From positions 13,150 through 77,149 of the forward strand of contig JBKHHE010000001.1 in assembly GCA_046539305.1 (NCBI GenBank): a DNA stretch of 64,000 nt, given 5' to 3'. This stretch comes from Candidatus Aenigmatarchaeota archaeon (lineage in GTDB: Archaea; Aenigmatarchaeota; Aenigmatarchaeia; PWEA01). The notes below the pieces were generated by a model. It did no database searches and had not been told where the DNA came from. It was given only the letters and a program-made list of their open reading frames with translations. Made by a program: the position numbers and the translations under genes. Shown here piece after piece: positions 1 through 8,815 of this stretch (positions are counted from its first letter, which is position 1; each line of letters begins with the position of its first letter).

Positions 1-1
1 G

Positions 2-1345
2 GTGGTTTCCAACGAAAGTTCAAGTTTCTCTGCTGTGTTGGAAGCGTCTGACGAAGAGGAGGTGGAGATAGGTGTGGTCGTGGAGTTGAATGACGAGACG
101 GTAAGATCCTGTGAGAAAGTTCCCGAAGGGGCGAACGCATACGAGGTCGTGAACTCCGTTGAAGATATAGAACCAGAGTGGACGTACTGTTCCTCCTTCG
201 GGCATTCCTTAAATAAAATCAACGACACGGGAAACGATGGCAATCTTTCCACTTACTGGAATTTTTACATCTCAAAGGAAGATGAGAGTTCCTGGACTTA
301 TTCGCCCGTGGGATTCAGTGCCGGCCTGGATTCCAGAAACTGCTGGGACAGGAACTATAGCTCGTCGGAGGGGCATTACTGTGCTGAAGTTGGCGGCGAC
401 ACCCTAGGTTTTGCCTATGGTGATTACGGAACTGAGCCAGATTTCTTTGAATTCTGCGAAATTTGTGGAGGCTGTGAGAACGAAGGAGATGGAGACGAGG
501 AAGATGATACTGACACCAGTACAGGGAGCGGAACCCCGATAGATATTGACTTATCACCCAATTCAAAGGAGTGGGGTAGCATAGATGCCGGCAAGTCTGT
601 AGATTTCTCCCCACCTGAAAACACGGGTTTGAAGAAAATTGAGATAAACGCTGGTCAGGATCTCGTAGGCGTCAGTGTAGAGGTTAAAAGCGTTGATGAG
701 ATTCCTGGAGAAATTCAAAAACCGAGCGGTGAGTCTTACAAGTTTGTCAATATTTCCCACGAAAACCTGGAGGAAGGAGATCTTGACAATGTTTCCTTTA
801 CTTTCAACGTGGAGAAAGGCTGGCTAGAGGGGAAGAATTACTCCAAGGAAAACGTTTCGCTGAAGAGATATATAAACGAGAGCTGGGAGAGACTACTCAC
901 GGAGATATTGAATGAAACCTCGGAAAAGATACAGTTTCGAAGTATTTCTTCAGGTTTCAGTTACTTCGCCATCGCTGCTGATGTATGTCAAGTGGGAGAG
1001 AGGAGATGCCAGGACAACGAACTTCAGAAATGTGAAAACGGCACGGAATGGGTTACTGTAGAGGTCTGTGATTATATGTGTAATTCTTCCACCCTTGATT
1101 GTATAGAAAGGATATGTGAGCTTGGTCAGAAGAGGTGTAACGGAGATAATGTGGAGATATGCTCCGAGGAAGGTGCTGAGTGGGAAATCCACGAAGTTTG
1201 TGAAGAGGGTTGTGAAAACGCTACCTGCTTAACCCCCCAAGTCGAAGAAGAAGGAATTTCCCGGACGAGAATATTGCTGAGTTTAGGGACACTTCTTACT
1301 GTCACTTTTCTTAGTATTTTGGCTTGGAAAAGGTTTGAAGGATAA
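2..1345 (+). CDS. Cell-surface protein, 5'-truncated at window edge (DUF4430-like region, acidic linker, PGF-pre-PGF-type domain, two Cys-rich repeats, C-terminal TM anchor)
   Basis: Open from window edge. KIEINAGQDLVGVSVEV...WERLLTEILNETSEKIQFRSISSGFSYFAIAA matches my memory of archaeal PGF-pre-PGF surface domains. Two ~40-aa Cys-rich repeats. Hydrophobic tail ILLSLGTLLTVTFLSILAW then KRFEG. Confidence 0.6.
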   Translation: MVSNESSSFSAVLEASDEEEVEIGVVVELNDETVRSCEKVPEGANAYEVVNSVEDIEPEWTYCSSFGHSLNKINDTGNDGNLSTYWNFYISKEDESSWTYSPVGFSAGLDSRNCWDRNYSSSEGHYCAEVGGDTLGFAYGDYGTEPDFFEFCEICGGCENEGDGDEEDDTDTSTGSGTPIDIDLSPNSKEWGSIDAGKSVDFSPPENTGLKKIEINAGQDLVGVSVEVKSVDEIPGEIQKPSGESYKFVNISHENLEEGDLDNVSFTFNVEKGWLEGKNYSKENVSLKRYINESWERLLTEILNETSEKIQFRSISSGFSYFAIAADVCQVGERRCQDNELQKCENGTEWVTVEVCDYMCNSSTLDCIERICELGQKRCNGDNVEICSEEGAEWEIHEVCEEGCENATCLTPQVEEEGISRTRILLSLGTLLTVTFLSILAWKRFEG

Positions 1346-1347
1346 TT

Positions 1348-1932
1348 TTATATTAAAGTAAGAGCAGCCGCTAGTGATCCTTCTTCGGCTTCTTTCTTTG
1401 TCTTCCCTGAACCTATTATCAAAACGTCTCCATCTTCCAAATTCAGCTTTCCTTTCACTTTTTCGGGTAAGTCTACTTTTTCACCCATGAGCTGAAGCTT
1501 TTCATTTTCATGTTTTACGGTAGTTGCTCCCTCAGCACCTGCCTTCACGGCGGCGTCTCTTTGCTCTATACCATCGTTGATTTTTGAGGAGGCATCGCTT
1601 ACAGCCACGCATACGTTGCTTTCCCCGACAGTAAGTTCGGAGGACTCGAGGAAAAAAGGACCCGAAAGTTTATACGCAAGGTTGTTAGCAATTTTTCTTC
1701 CTTTTTCCGTCAGCCTGTGCCCCTTTGTGGATGTTTCGACAAGGCCGCTCTCTCTGAGTCTTTTAAGGAGAGTTCTAGTCGAGGCCTCGCTAAGACCCAG
1801 TTCGTCCATCAACTTCATCCTTCCTATCGGCTCTTCTTCCAGGAGAAGAAATGCTTTAAGAAGATGTACCTCACCAAAGGCGGACCTCTTGTCTATCAGG
1901 TCCAGTTCCCGGATTTGGTCAAAGACAGACAT
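1348..1932 (-). CDS. Putative winged-helix regulator with C-terminal ligand-binding-like domain (DUF4443-like, from memory)
   Basis: 194-aa ORF. HTH-like segment GRMKLMDELGLSEASTRTLLKRLRESGLVE, then a ~110-aa domain. Confidence 0.45.
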   Translation of the reverse strand: MSVFDQIRELDLIDKRSAFGEVHLLKAFLLLEEEPIGRMKLMDELGLSEASTRTLLKRLRESGLVETSTKGHRLTEKGRKIANNLAYKLSGPFFLESSELTVGESNVCVAVSDASSKINDGIEQRDAAVKAGAEGATTVKHENEKLQLMGEKVDLPEKVKGKLNLEDGDVLIIGSGKTKKEAEEGSLAAALTLI

Positions 1933-1988
1933 ACATACTATCTATTACCGAGAGTTAATAACCTTTTCAAAAAACAAGGAGCGAACAG

Positions 1989-3074
1989 TCACAAGGACAG
2001 CTCTTTTACGTAGTCCTCGAAATTGACCCCCTCCAGAACCTCCTCGAAGTCCTCCTTGAAGATATCGTCCTCGAAACATTCGTCGTAACCCCTTCTTATA
2101 AGTTGCTCAATGGACAGGATGTCCTGTTCCGTCTTTCCCAGAAACCTCCTCTCCTCATCCTCATTGTTAAGAATAACCCTGTCCTTCAGTTTGTCCATAT
2201 CTTCGGCGTATTCGGGTTTAGGTATGGGAAACAGATTGACCTTGATCTCCTCTTTACCCCAGTCCCTGATTAGCTTGTAGTAAGATGCCCCGTTGTGTCC
2301 ACAGAAAAAGTCCTGGTAGTACTGGTACTTGTGAGAGATGTTGCCTATCTCTTTGTCCTTACATATACCACCCTGGGAGGGCGAAATTCCCGCGTCGGGC
2401 CACTCGCTGTAAGGGTTTTTTCTGGAAGAATTCTTCCCCGTTGGAAGCCCCATCCAAACCGACTGATAAGTTTTACCTTCTTCTTCTTTGCTCGGTATAT
2501 CCTTGACGCTAGCCTCCTGCTTACAGCTGCCGTCTTCTATAATCATAGAAGGCAGAAATCCGTTCTCTGAGAGCAGGAAAAGCTCGAGTCCCTGTTTGAT
2601 CCTCTCCGGAGAGATGGTTTTGAGTATATTGTTGAAGCTCCACCAGGAAATAGACCTTTTGCCCTTGTCAGGTTCGGCGCTTTCTGCTGCACCGGCCAGG
2701 AGCATGGCAGGAGTCAGGCGGTTGGATTCGTACTGTTCCTGGGTAAAATCCTGTCTATTAATTTTGAGTTCACTTCCCTTGAATCTAACATCCTGCATAT
2801 CCCTCGTCAGGTTCACCTCCTCCTCGAAGACTTCCCTCTCACCGTCGCCATAGGTAATGCCACCCGTCTCAAAGGTCCTGCGGGTGGCAAAATCTTCCTT
2901 GAAGTCGTAGTTCTTAATCTCCAGCATCTGATCCCTGTAGTCCAGGCTCTCCACGACTCCGACTATTTCTCCCAGGTTCCCAGGCTCCTCTAGTTGCATC
3001 TGTTCAAGATCATTTACTTCTTCCTTGGAAGGGCTCTCAAACCCTGCCCGCGGACTGTCCAGGTCAGTGTACAT
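1989..3074 (-). CDS. Hypothetical acidic protein
   Basis: 361-aa ORF with composition like neighbouring genes. No motif I recognise. Confidence 0.6.
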   Translation of the reverse strand: MYTDLDSPRAGFESPSKEEVNDLEQMQLEEPGNLGEIVGVVESLDYRDQMLEIKNYDFKEDFATRRTFETGGITYGDGEREVFEEEVNLTRDMQDVRFKGSELKINRQDFTQEQYESNRLTPAMLLAGAAESAEPDKGKRSISWWSFNNILKTISPERIKQGLELFLLSENGFLPSMIIEDGSCKQEASVKDIPSKEEEGKTYQSVWMGLPTGKNSSRKNPYSEWPDAGISPSQGGICKDKEIGNISHKYQYYQDFFCGHNGASYYKLIRDWGKEEIKVNLFPIPKPEYAEDMDKLKDRVILNNEDEERRFLGKTEQDILSIEQLIRRGYDECFEDDIFKEDFEEVLEGVNFEDYVKELSL

Positions 3075-3119
3075 CTAGGAGAAATTTCTTCCTGAAAATT
3101 TAAATATTAAGAACTTTGT

Positions 3120-3839
3120 TTATCCACCCTTTCCGGGAATGGTCCAGCTCTCGTACCTGATCTTCTCCTCAGGAACTTCCATTTCAAGAAGGAGTTCTTC
3201 CATGGCGTCTATCATTGGAGGCGGCCCGCATATATACCAGAGCTTCCTCTCCGGTCTTTCGACATGTCTTTCCAATAATTCGCGGTCAATCAACCCCGTT
3301 TCACTTTCCCAGTCTTCAGGCCAGTTGTCAGTAAGTGTATTTACTACCTTGAATCCATCCCTCGAGTCTATCCTTTCGAGCTCCTCCCTGAAAATTATAT
3401 CCTTCTCAGTCCTGTTGCTGAATATGAGAGTCATACGGTTCTCCAGGTCTCGGTCTATGGCGTACCTTATCATGGACATGAAGGGTGTTATACCCGAACC
3501 ACCGGCAATAAAGACCGTGTCCTCCGCCACACTTTCGTCAAAGTTTAAGGACTGGCCCCTCGGACCGTTCAGGCGGAGCTTTTCGCCTTGCTCCAGTTTG
3601 TGCAGGGCCGTAGTAAAATCGCCCATCCTTTTGATCGTAAGTTCTACGTAATCCCTTGTGGGGGAGTTTGCGTATGTGAAGGGTTTCTCCACACCTCTGT
3701 GTTTGTCCGAGCCAACAATCGATACCAAGCAGTACTGGCCTGGTGTAAACTCTATATTCTCCTCCGGTTCCAGGCGAAAGGTCCTCACATCGTGCGTTTC
3801 CATCCATGTCCTTTTTATTTCAGCTTCAATTTTTTTCAT
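3120..3839 (-). CDS. FNR-family FAD/NAD(P)-binding oxidoreductase (no Fe-S domain)
   Basis: KPFTYANSP (RxYS-type FAD motif), FIAGGSGITPF (GGxGxxP NAD(P) motif), YICGPPPM. Confidence 0.8.
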   Translation of the reverse strand: MKKIEAEIKRTWMETHDVRTFRLEPEENIEFTPGQYCLVSIVGSDKHRGVEKPFTYANSPTRDYVELTIKRMGDFTTALHKLEQGEKLRLNGPRGQSLNFDESVAEDTVFIAGGSGITPFMSMIRYAIDRDLENRMTLIFSNRTEKDIIFREELERIDSRDGFKVVNTLTDNWPEDWESETGLIDRELLERHVERPERKLWYICGPPPMIDAMEELLLEMEVPEEKIRYESWTIPGKGG

Positions 3840-3979
3840 CAGAGACCCGTCGCCTCTTTCGCCTCGATTTCCTCTATTTCCTCGTAGGCCTCTTTGGAGC
3901 CGCAGGTAGGACAGATTTCAGGTCCGGCTTCGCCGTAGTGGACGTCGCCGCAGACCTGACACTCGAAAAACTTTTTCAT
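3839..3979 (-). CDS. Rubredoxin-like 4-Cys mini-protein (46 aa), translationally coupled to the FNR-like reductase
   Basis: Absent from ORF track (<60 aa). ATG at 3979. The TGA at 3839-3841 overlaps the reductase ATG (TGATG). Sequence MKKFFECQVCGDVHYGEAGPEICPTCGSKEAYEEIEEIEAKEATGL has CxxCG-x12-CPxCG, as in rubrerythrin-type rubredoxin domains. Confidence 0.6.
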   Translation of the reverse strand: MKKFFECQVCGDVHYGEAGPEICPTCGSKEAYEEIEEIEAKEATGL

Positions 3980-4074
3980 GGCTTATCACTTTCAACTTTC
4001 GCGTCCAGGTAAAAAACTTTAACCCTTCCGTGACAACGTGGATTTCCTCAACCTATTTAAGTTTTTATGAGAAA

Positions 4075-4731
4075 ATGAAAATTATGCGAATAGATGAGAA
4101 CATCCTGCTCCTGAACGGCGCCGGTATGGACTCGAACGTATACTGCATAGATAACGAGCTTCTGGTGGACGCTGGAACGGGCGCGTTCGTGGAGGAGACG
4201 CTGGAGCAGATGGACAGGTTTGACGTGGATCCCGGGAAGATAAAGAAGATAATACTGACGCACGAACACTTGGACCACTCCGGCGCCGCGAAACAGCTCA
4301 AGGAAAAGTTAGGTGCCAAACTCCTGGCCCATGAGGACGCCAAACTGACGCCCGAAGCTGCTCTGGTAGAGTACTTCGAAGATAGAGATTTCGAGCCTCC
4401 CGAGGTCGACAAGCATCTGAAGGAAGATGACACTATAAAGACCTCAAACTATCAGTTCAAAGTGCTGCATACCCCAGGACATTCACCCGGTTCTATAAGC
4501 CTCTGGGACAAAAACAATCAAGTTCTGGTGCCTGGCGACCTGCTATTCGTCGATGGCTTTGGAAGGACGGACATACCCGGAGGCGATGAGGATACGATAA
4601 AGGAGTCGCTCAGGAGAGTGAAAAATCTCGGTGACATATCCGTGCTCCTCCCCGGACATGGGACCCCTGCTTCCCAGGAGAATATCTACGACGAAGGAGT
4701 CATAGAGAACATACTCTCCCAGATACAGTAG
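4075..4731 (+). CDS. MBL-fold metallohydrolase (glyoxalase II-like)
   Basis: THEHLDHSG (HxHxDH) plus HTPGHSPG, GDLLF, PGHG ligand motifs. Start uncertain: ATG 4075 or 4084, with GTG 4030 in the ORF track. Confidence 0.8.
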   Translation: MKIMRIDENILLLNGAGMDSNVYCIDNELLVDAGTGAFVEETLEQMDRFDVDPGKIKKIILTHEHLDHSGAAKQLKEKLGAKLLAHEDAKLTPEAALVEYFEDRDFEPPEVDKHLKEDDTIKTSNYQFKVLHTPGHSPGSISLWDKNNQVLVPGDLLFVDGFGRTDIPGGDEDTIKESLRRVKNLGDISVLLPGHGTPASQENIYDEGVIENILSQIQ

Positions 4732-4734
4732 CTT

Positions 4735-5535
4735 TCAGAAGGAATTCAACTTCTTCTGAGACTTCAGCTCTTCCACTTTCTCTCTCATCTCCTCCTTCAC
4801 CGGGGTCAGTATGTAGCCCTCTTCCGTGTTTCCGAGGACCGCGCACATTTCGGGCTTGACCCAGCAGTAGTGTGCGATGTAGGCGCAGAATATCGCGTCC
4901 AGCTTGTCCTCGTAGTTCTTGAGTTCTTTGCCTTTAACACTTTCTACCTCCTTTCCGACAATTTCTTCGGGTAGCTTCAGCGAAGGGCTTCTATTTTCCA
5001 GCGCCTCTAATTTTTTCTGGTATCTCCGGAACTCTTCCCATAGGTCCCCGTAATCCCTCCCGGGTTTGTTCTTGTACTGAAGTATCTTGTCAAGTTCGAA
5101 GAGAACCACCATGGAAGGGTGGGGGTAAACCTCCACGACTTTTCTACAGGTCTTTCCCTTCTCTATTCTTGGATCGTGGTTGAATCCTATGCTTTCCAGC
5201 TCCTCTACGATGTCCTCGCCTCTGACCCTTCCCGTCCACTCCACGAACCTTCTGCGGTTGGCGGGGTGGGCCCCCGCGTCGTATTTTCGGAAGAGCTTGC
5301 CGACGAACTCTTCTGCGGGCCTCCTGCCGGTTTCGTTTGGAACCAGAAGCGGTGCGTCCACAGCGACTATGGCGTCTTCCCCTGCCACGTTCTTTTCGAT
5401 GGATTCCTTTATTTCGTCGTCGGTTACGAGCAGGTCCAGGGAAACCAACTCGCCCCCTTTATTATCCCCCTCTATCACGGCGAAACCGCTGGGATTGTTC
5501 TCCGACCAGGCCAGATCCACACCCACGAAAAACAT
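4735..5535 (-). CDS. DUF429-like (RNase H-fold) protein
   Basis: MFFVGVDLAWSENNPSGFAVIEGD N-terminus typical of DUF429. ATG 5535 preferred because a TATA-like GGATAAATAAAAATC lies ~25 nt upstream on the - strand. Confidence 0.6.
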   Translation of the reverse strand: MFFVGVDLAWSENNPSGFAVIEGDNKGGELVSLDLLVTDDEIKESIEKNVAGEDAIVAVDAPLLVPNETGRRPAEEFVGKLFRKYDAGAHPANRRRFVEWTGRVRGEDIVEELESIGFNHDPRIEKGKTCRKVVEVYPHPSMVVLFELDKILQYKNKPGRDYGDLWEEFRRYQKKLEALENRSPSLKLPEEIVGKEVESVKGKELKNYEDKLDAIFCAYIAHYCWVKPEMCAVLGNTEEGYILTPVKEEMREKVEELKSQKKLNSF

Positions 5536-5585
5536 GTTTTCCCTCGACACATAGATTTTTATTTATCCTCTGACAAACCTATAGT

Positions 5586-5801
5586 ATGATAGGCCCGAAG
5601 CCCTTTTTAATCCTTTGCCTGCCACTGACCGGTTCCATCTATCTGCTCCTGCTCAACCTCACGGGCACCGGCTTCGTGTCCATCTGGATATCCCTTGGTT
5701 TGACAGGACTTTTTGCAGTTATATCCATAATCGCTCTCCTGAGAATTTCCGAGAAGGAAGAGGAGAAGGTACTGTCCGACCAGATGCACTTCAGCCGCTG
5801 A
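5586..5801 (+). CDS. Small membrane protein (2 TM)
   Basis: 71-aa ORF with two hydrophobic helices. No homolog recognised. Confidence 0.4.
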   Translation: MIGPKPFLILCLPLTGSIYLLLLNLTGTGFVSIWISLGLTGLFAVISIIALLRISEKEEEKVLSDQMHFSR

Positions 5802-5805
5802 GAAA

Positions 5806-6336
5806 TCAATCATGGACTGCAGCCGTATTACCCCCTCTCATGACCTCTCTCATCCTGCTCTCTATAAGGTCTTCGACCTCGTTGGGGTGCGCCACACCTT
5901 TGATGAGGAAGTAGTCCTTTCCAGCGTCGACTCTTACATCTCCAATCCCGACAATTTTTTCCTGGAAAGTTCTGTGAACGCCACACCTTTCCAGTTTCAT
6001 AAACGGAAGGTCTGTGCTTCTATCGGAGAAGATGCCTATTTCTTCGTACACAGCGGATTCCGTTATCCTGTAGTTTTCTGCGTATCTTCTGGCCTCCGCG
6101 TACGCAAAGAAAAGAAAGGCGGCCGAGAAGAAGAATGCAGAGACCAGCAGCTGGGGATATTCAAGGAGATCCTCGAACGGCAGCTCCACAGGAAAATAGT
6201 AGATAAAAAGTCCTAGAGCCGTACAGATTATGGCGACGATGTACTCTTTGAAAAACCGCCTTCTGGCGGGCTTTAACTCCATCAAGACCCTTTCTTCCTT
6301 TCCGGCCTCTTCTCCCTTGGCGGTTTCTTCAGGCAT
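5806..6336 (-). CDS. Membrane protein with bacterial-type PH domain (bPH_2/YdbS-like)
   Basis: Two TM helices, then YRITESAVYEEIGIFSDRSTDLPFMKLERCGVHRTFQEKIVGIGDV. Confidence 0.65.
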   Translation of the reverse strand: MPEETAKGEEAGKEERVLMELKPARRRFFKEYIVAIICTALGLFIYYFPVELPFEDLLEYPQLLVSAFFFSAAFLFFAYAEARRYAENYRITESAVYEEIGIFSDRSTDLPFMKLERCGVHRTFQEKIVGIGDVRVDAGKDYFLIKGVAHPNEVEDLIESRMREVMRGGNTAAVHD

Positions 6337-6436
6337 GCTACAGAAATATATTTCGTCTGGGGTTTTAAATTCTTAAAAGAACGGATGAAATCAAGAAGGA
6401 CAGGATAACGGCCCGAGCAGCACTTTTTAGAAATCC

Positions 6437-6853
6437 CTACCTGAACATACGGTTTTTCTCCACGAGCTTCCTGTGGACGAAACGTGGAGCCTCGAAATCC
6501 TGATCCTCCGGAATGAAGTAAATCAGGTCTTCTTCCCTTCTCATCCCTATTTCATATCGTGCCAGAAGACTGATCTCTTCTTTCGTCCTGTCATACAGTT
6601 CATCCTCCTTTATGAGCTTGGTCAACGGCTTCTCTCCGGGGTCCTCGCCGATGAGTTCCTCCATCCTTTCGAGCCAGTCCTCCCTTGAAATTTCCTCCGT
6701 TTCGGCGGTTTCGTACAGTCTCCCGTCAACCTTGTAGAATGATTCTTCAAAGGCAGGAAGAATATCCTTCTTGATGTCCTCTTCCGACACATCAACGTAG
6801 AGGTTTGCCATTCCAATTATTTGGTCCTTTTCCTCCCGAGAGTCGGCACTCAT
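6437..6853 (-). CDS. Hypothetical acidic protein
   Basis: ORF track extends to 6931. ATG 6853 (MSADSREEK) preferred because of a TATA-like CCTTAAGTATTTTGG ~27 nt upstream, and because the longer form would overlap the divergent promoter of 6949. Confidence 0.5.
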   Translation of the reverse strand: MSADSREEKDQIIGMANLYVDVSEEDIKKDILPAFEESFYKVDGRLYETAETEEISREDWLERMEELIGEDPGEKPLTKLIKEDELYDRTKEEISLLARYEIGMRREEDLIYFIPEDQDFEAPRFVHRKLVEKNRMFR

Positions 6854-6948
6854 CTGTCCCAAACCATAGTTGATCTCCAAAATACTTAAGGCTTTGTAAT
6901 AGATCTCCGAAAAATATAAAACAGAAAACAACCATTATTTTATGCAGG

Positions 6949-7575
6949 ATGTCAGAGGAAGAAGAGATCGAGCTTAAAGTTGGAATGAGAGAAGGCCTAG
7001 AACTCCGGATGTTTGAGACAGACAAATCCTGTCCGGCCTGCGGAGAAGATCTCGAGGCCGTGGGTGTAGGAAACCAGGAAAGGAGGAAGGGACATTCCGC
7101 CGGACTTGCTCCCCTCCAAGGTATCGGAAGGGAAGTTGTGCAGGACAGCTTCTGGAGCTCCTTTTCCAGATGTACGGAATGTGGTTATCAGAGCCCCGTT
7201 TATACCCAGACCAGAGAATGGTTTCCATCCCTCAAAGTCCTGAACTCGGGCTCCAGGGAAAGCGACGCTGCCAAATATTACGTCAAGGCCCATGATTGTA
7301 GCGAGCTTGTTATAGAGGACAAGGGAGGGGAAGAAATAGCTTCCATGCCCGTGGGCAGAATAAAATCAGTGGAAGCCTACCTTGACGATGTTATTTCCAC
7401 CTTCGAAAACCTCTACGAGCCCTCTTCCGACTCCAGGGAAGATTTCGATGAAGCGTTGGATAAGCTCAGAAGCTACAAGGAAGGAGAGGAGTTTAGGGCA
7501 GAAATCAGGGGCCAGGTTCCCGGCGGAATCGCCACGGTAGATGAGATCCAAGGGGACCTCAACTATATTTTTTGA
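6949..7575 (+). CDS. Hypothetical protein with split zinc-ribbon-like CxxC pairs
   Basis: CPACG ... CTECG pairs. TATA-like AAAATATAAAAC ~30 nt upstream. Confidence 0.55.
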   Translation: MSEEEEIELKVGMREGLELRMFETDKSCPACGEDLEAVGVGNQERRKGHSAGLAPLQGIGREVVQDSFWSSFSRCTECGYQSPVYTQTREWFPSLKVLNSGSRESDAAKYYVKAHDCSELVIEDKGGEEIASMPVGRIKSVEAYLDDVISTFENLYEPSSDSREDFDEALDKLRSYKEGEEFRAEIRGQVPGGIATVDEIQGDLNYIF

Positions 7576-7663
7576 GGACGTCCTTAGTTTGGACAATGGA
7601 CCTCTCTATTTTCTCGGCCCTGTAGTAATCGCCGCCGTAGTAGACGTATTTCTCTGTTTTCAT
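7559..7663 (-). CDS. Candidate 34-aa leaderless small ORF
   Basis: MKTEKYVYYGGDYYRAEKIERSIVQTKDVLKKYS. A palindromic TATA, AAATATTTAAATTTTT (7683-7696), lies 20-33 nt upstream. Not in ORF track. Confidence 0.25.
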   Translation of the reverse strand: MKTEKYVYYGGDYYRAEKIERSIVQTKDVLKKYS

Positions 7664-7748
7664 GTTTTTGCTTTCTCGGAAAAATTTAAATATTTGCGCT
7701 CGCCGGTCAAAGAGATATAAATTTTATCCTTCAATTTTACCCCGAGCT

Positions 7749-8582
7749 ATGTCCCAGGAAAAGTTCACTCTGGAGAGACTTGAAGAATACGAGGGTTTTG
7801 AGGGTAAACATAGAACCCTTCAGGAAACGGAGGTGGGAAGCTACGAGGACCTTAGGCTGATAGACGGAGAGGGTGAGGACAATGGTTACAAGAATCTTGA
7901 GAACTACGTGCTGGATATGGAAAAGGATGTCTTTATCTTTGATGACCACAACCATGCCCTCGCGGCCTGGATAGCCGCCTACAACTCGGGTCTTTTTCAG
8001 GAAGAAACTAAACTTGTCCACGTTGATCAGCACCTGGACGGAAGAGCGCCTTCCTACAAGCCCAGCAAGTTTCCCCATCCCCCGACCCTAGAAGAAGTAC
8101 AACAGTGTGTCTCCGAAACGGGGGTGACGGAGTTCATAAGACCGGCCAGGGCCTGGGGAATTTTTGATGAAGTCGAGAACTGGGGTATCAAGGAATTTAA
8201 AGGGTTTGCCAGGAAAAATGAGAACGGCATCCCGCCGGTAAAGTATTTACAGGAAAAGATAGACGGTTGCGGAAGCTTCGCGCTGGACATAGATATAGAT
8301 GTTTTCAAGGGACTGAGAGAGGGGGCACGTGAAAAGAAAATCGACGAGGTTGTCTCCGAGCTTGTGTCAAAAAGGGGCAGTTGGATAAGCGACGAGGAGC
8401 TTGATCGGTACCTGAGCAAAGAGGTCGACGGCCTGGAAGCGGAGGTCGACTACGAAAAATACTACAGAGCTTTGGCGGAAGGGGTGAAAAAAGCTGGTTT
8501 CACCACGATAGCAACGAGCCCTGGTTTCATAGATCAGGACAAAGCCCTGGAACATATCCACGGGATCTTCGAGCACTACTGA
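7749..8582 (+). CDS. UPF0489-like protein (arginase/deacetylase-like fold, from memory)
   Basis: FIFDDHNHALAAWI and LVHVDQHLDG motifs. ATG 7749 preferred, with GATATAAATTTTA ~30 nt upstream. Confidence 0.5.
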   Translation: MSQEKFTLERLEEYEGFEGKHRTLQETEVGSYEDLRLIDGEGEDNGYKNLENYVLDMEKDVFIFDDHNHALAAWIAAYNSGLFQEETKLVHVDQHLDGRAPSYKPSKFPHPPTLEEVQQCVSETGVTEFIRPARAWGIFDEVENWGIKEFKGFARKNENGIPPVKYLQEKIDGCGSFALDIDIDVFKGLREGAREKKIDEVVSELVSKRGSWISDEELDRYLSKEVDGLEAEVDYEKYYRALAEGVKKAGFTTIATSPGFIDQDKALEHIHGIFEHY

Positions 8583-8641
8583 AAGATCTCAGTTGTTGAT
8601 ATAACAGAGGTCCAGAACGGACTCTTTTTACTTCTTTTCTG

Positions 8642-8815
8642 CTACTTTCCAAATTTTTCTTTGCTTCCATCCATGAGGTAGAGCTGGTCTATCCCGGCGT
8701 CGAGCATTTTCTCCCAACAAGGCTCGCATACCCAAGGGTTTGCACGGAAAATTTTTAAGCTTTGAGAAAGGACGCAGAGGAATTGATAGCGGTCTGGGCT
8801 ACCTTCCTTGCCCAT
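8642..8815 (-). pseudogene. Possible decayed gene remnant: 57-codon CxxC ORF inside a longer start-less open frame
   Basis: MGKEGSPDRYQFLCVLSQSLKIFRANPWVCEPCWEKMLDAGIDQLYLMDGSKEKFGK*. The frame is open upstream to a TAA near 8930. It is reminiscent of the N-terminal half of a thioredoxin/glutaredoxin fold. Confidence 0.25.

Noticed and set aside
8642-8644. In-frame TAG followed by 22 more open codons, considered as pyrrolysine or read-through.
   Set aside because: TAG is used as an ordinary stop by several confident genes here (for example at 4731, 10165 and 28681). No pyl genes are seen. Decay is the simpler explanation.
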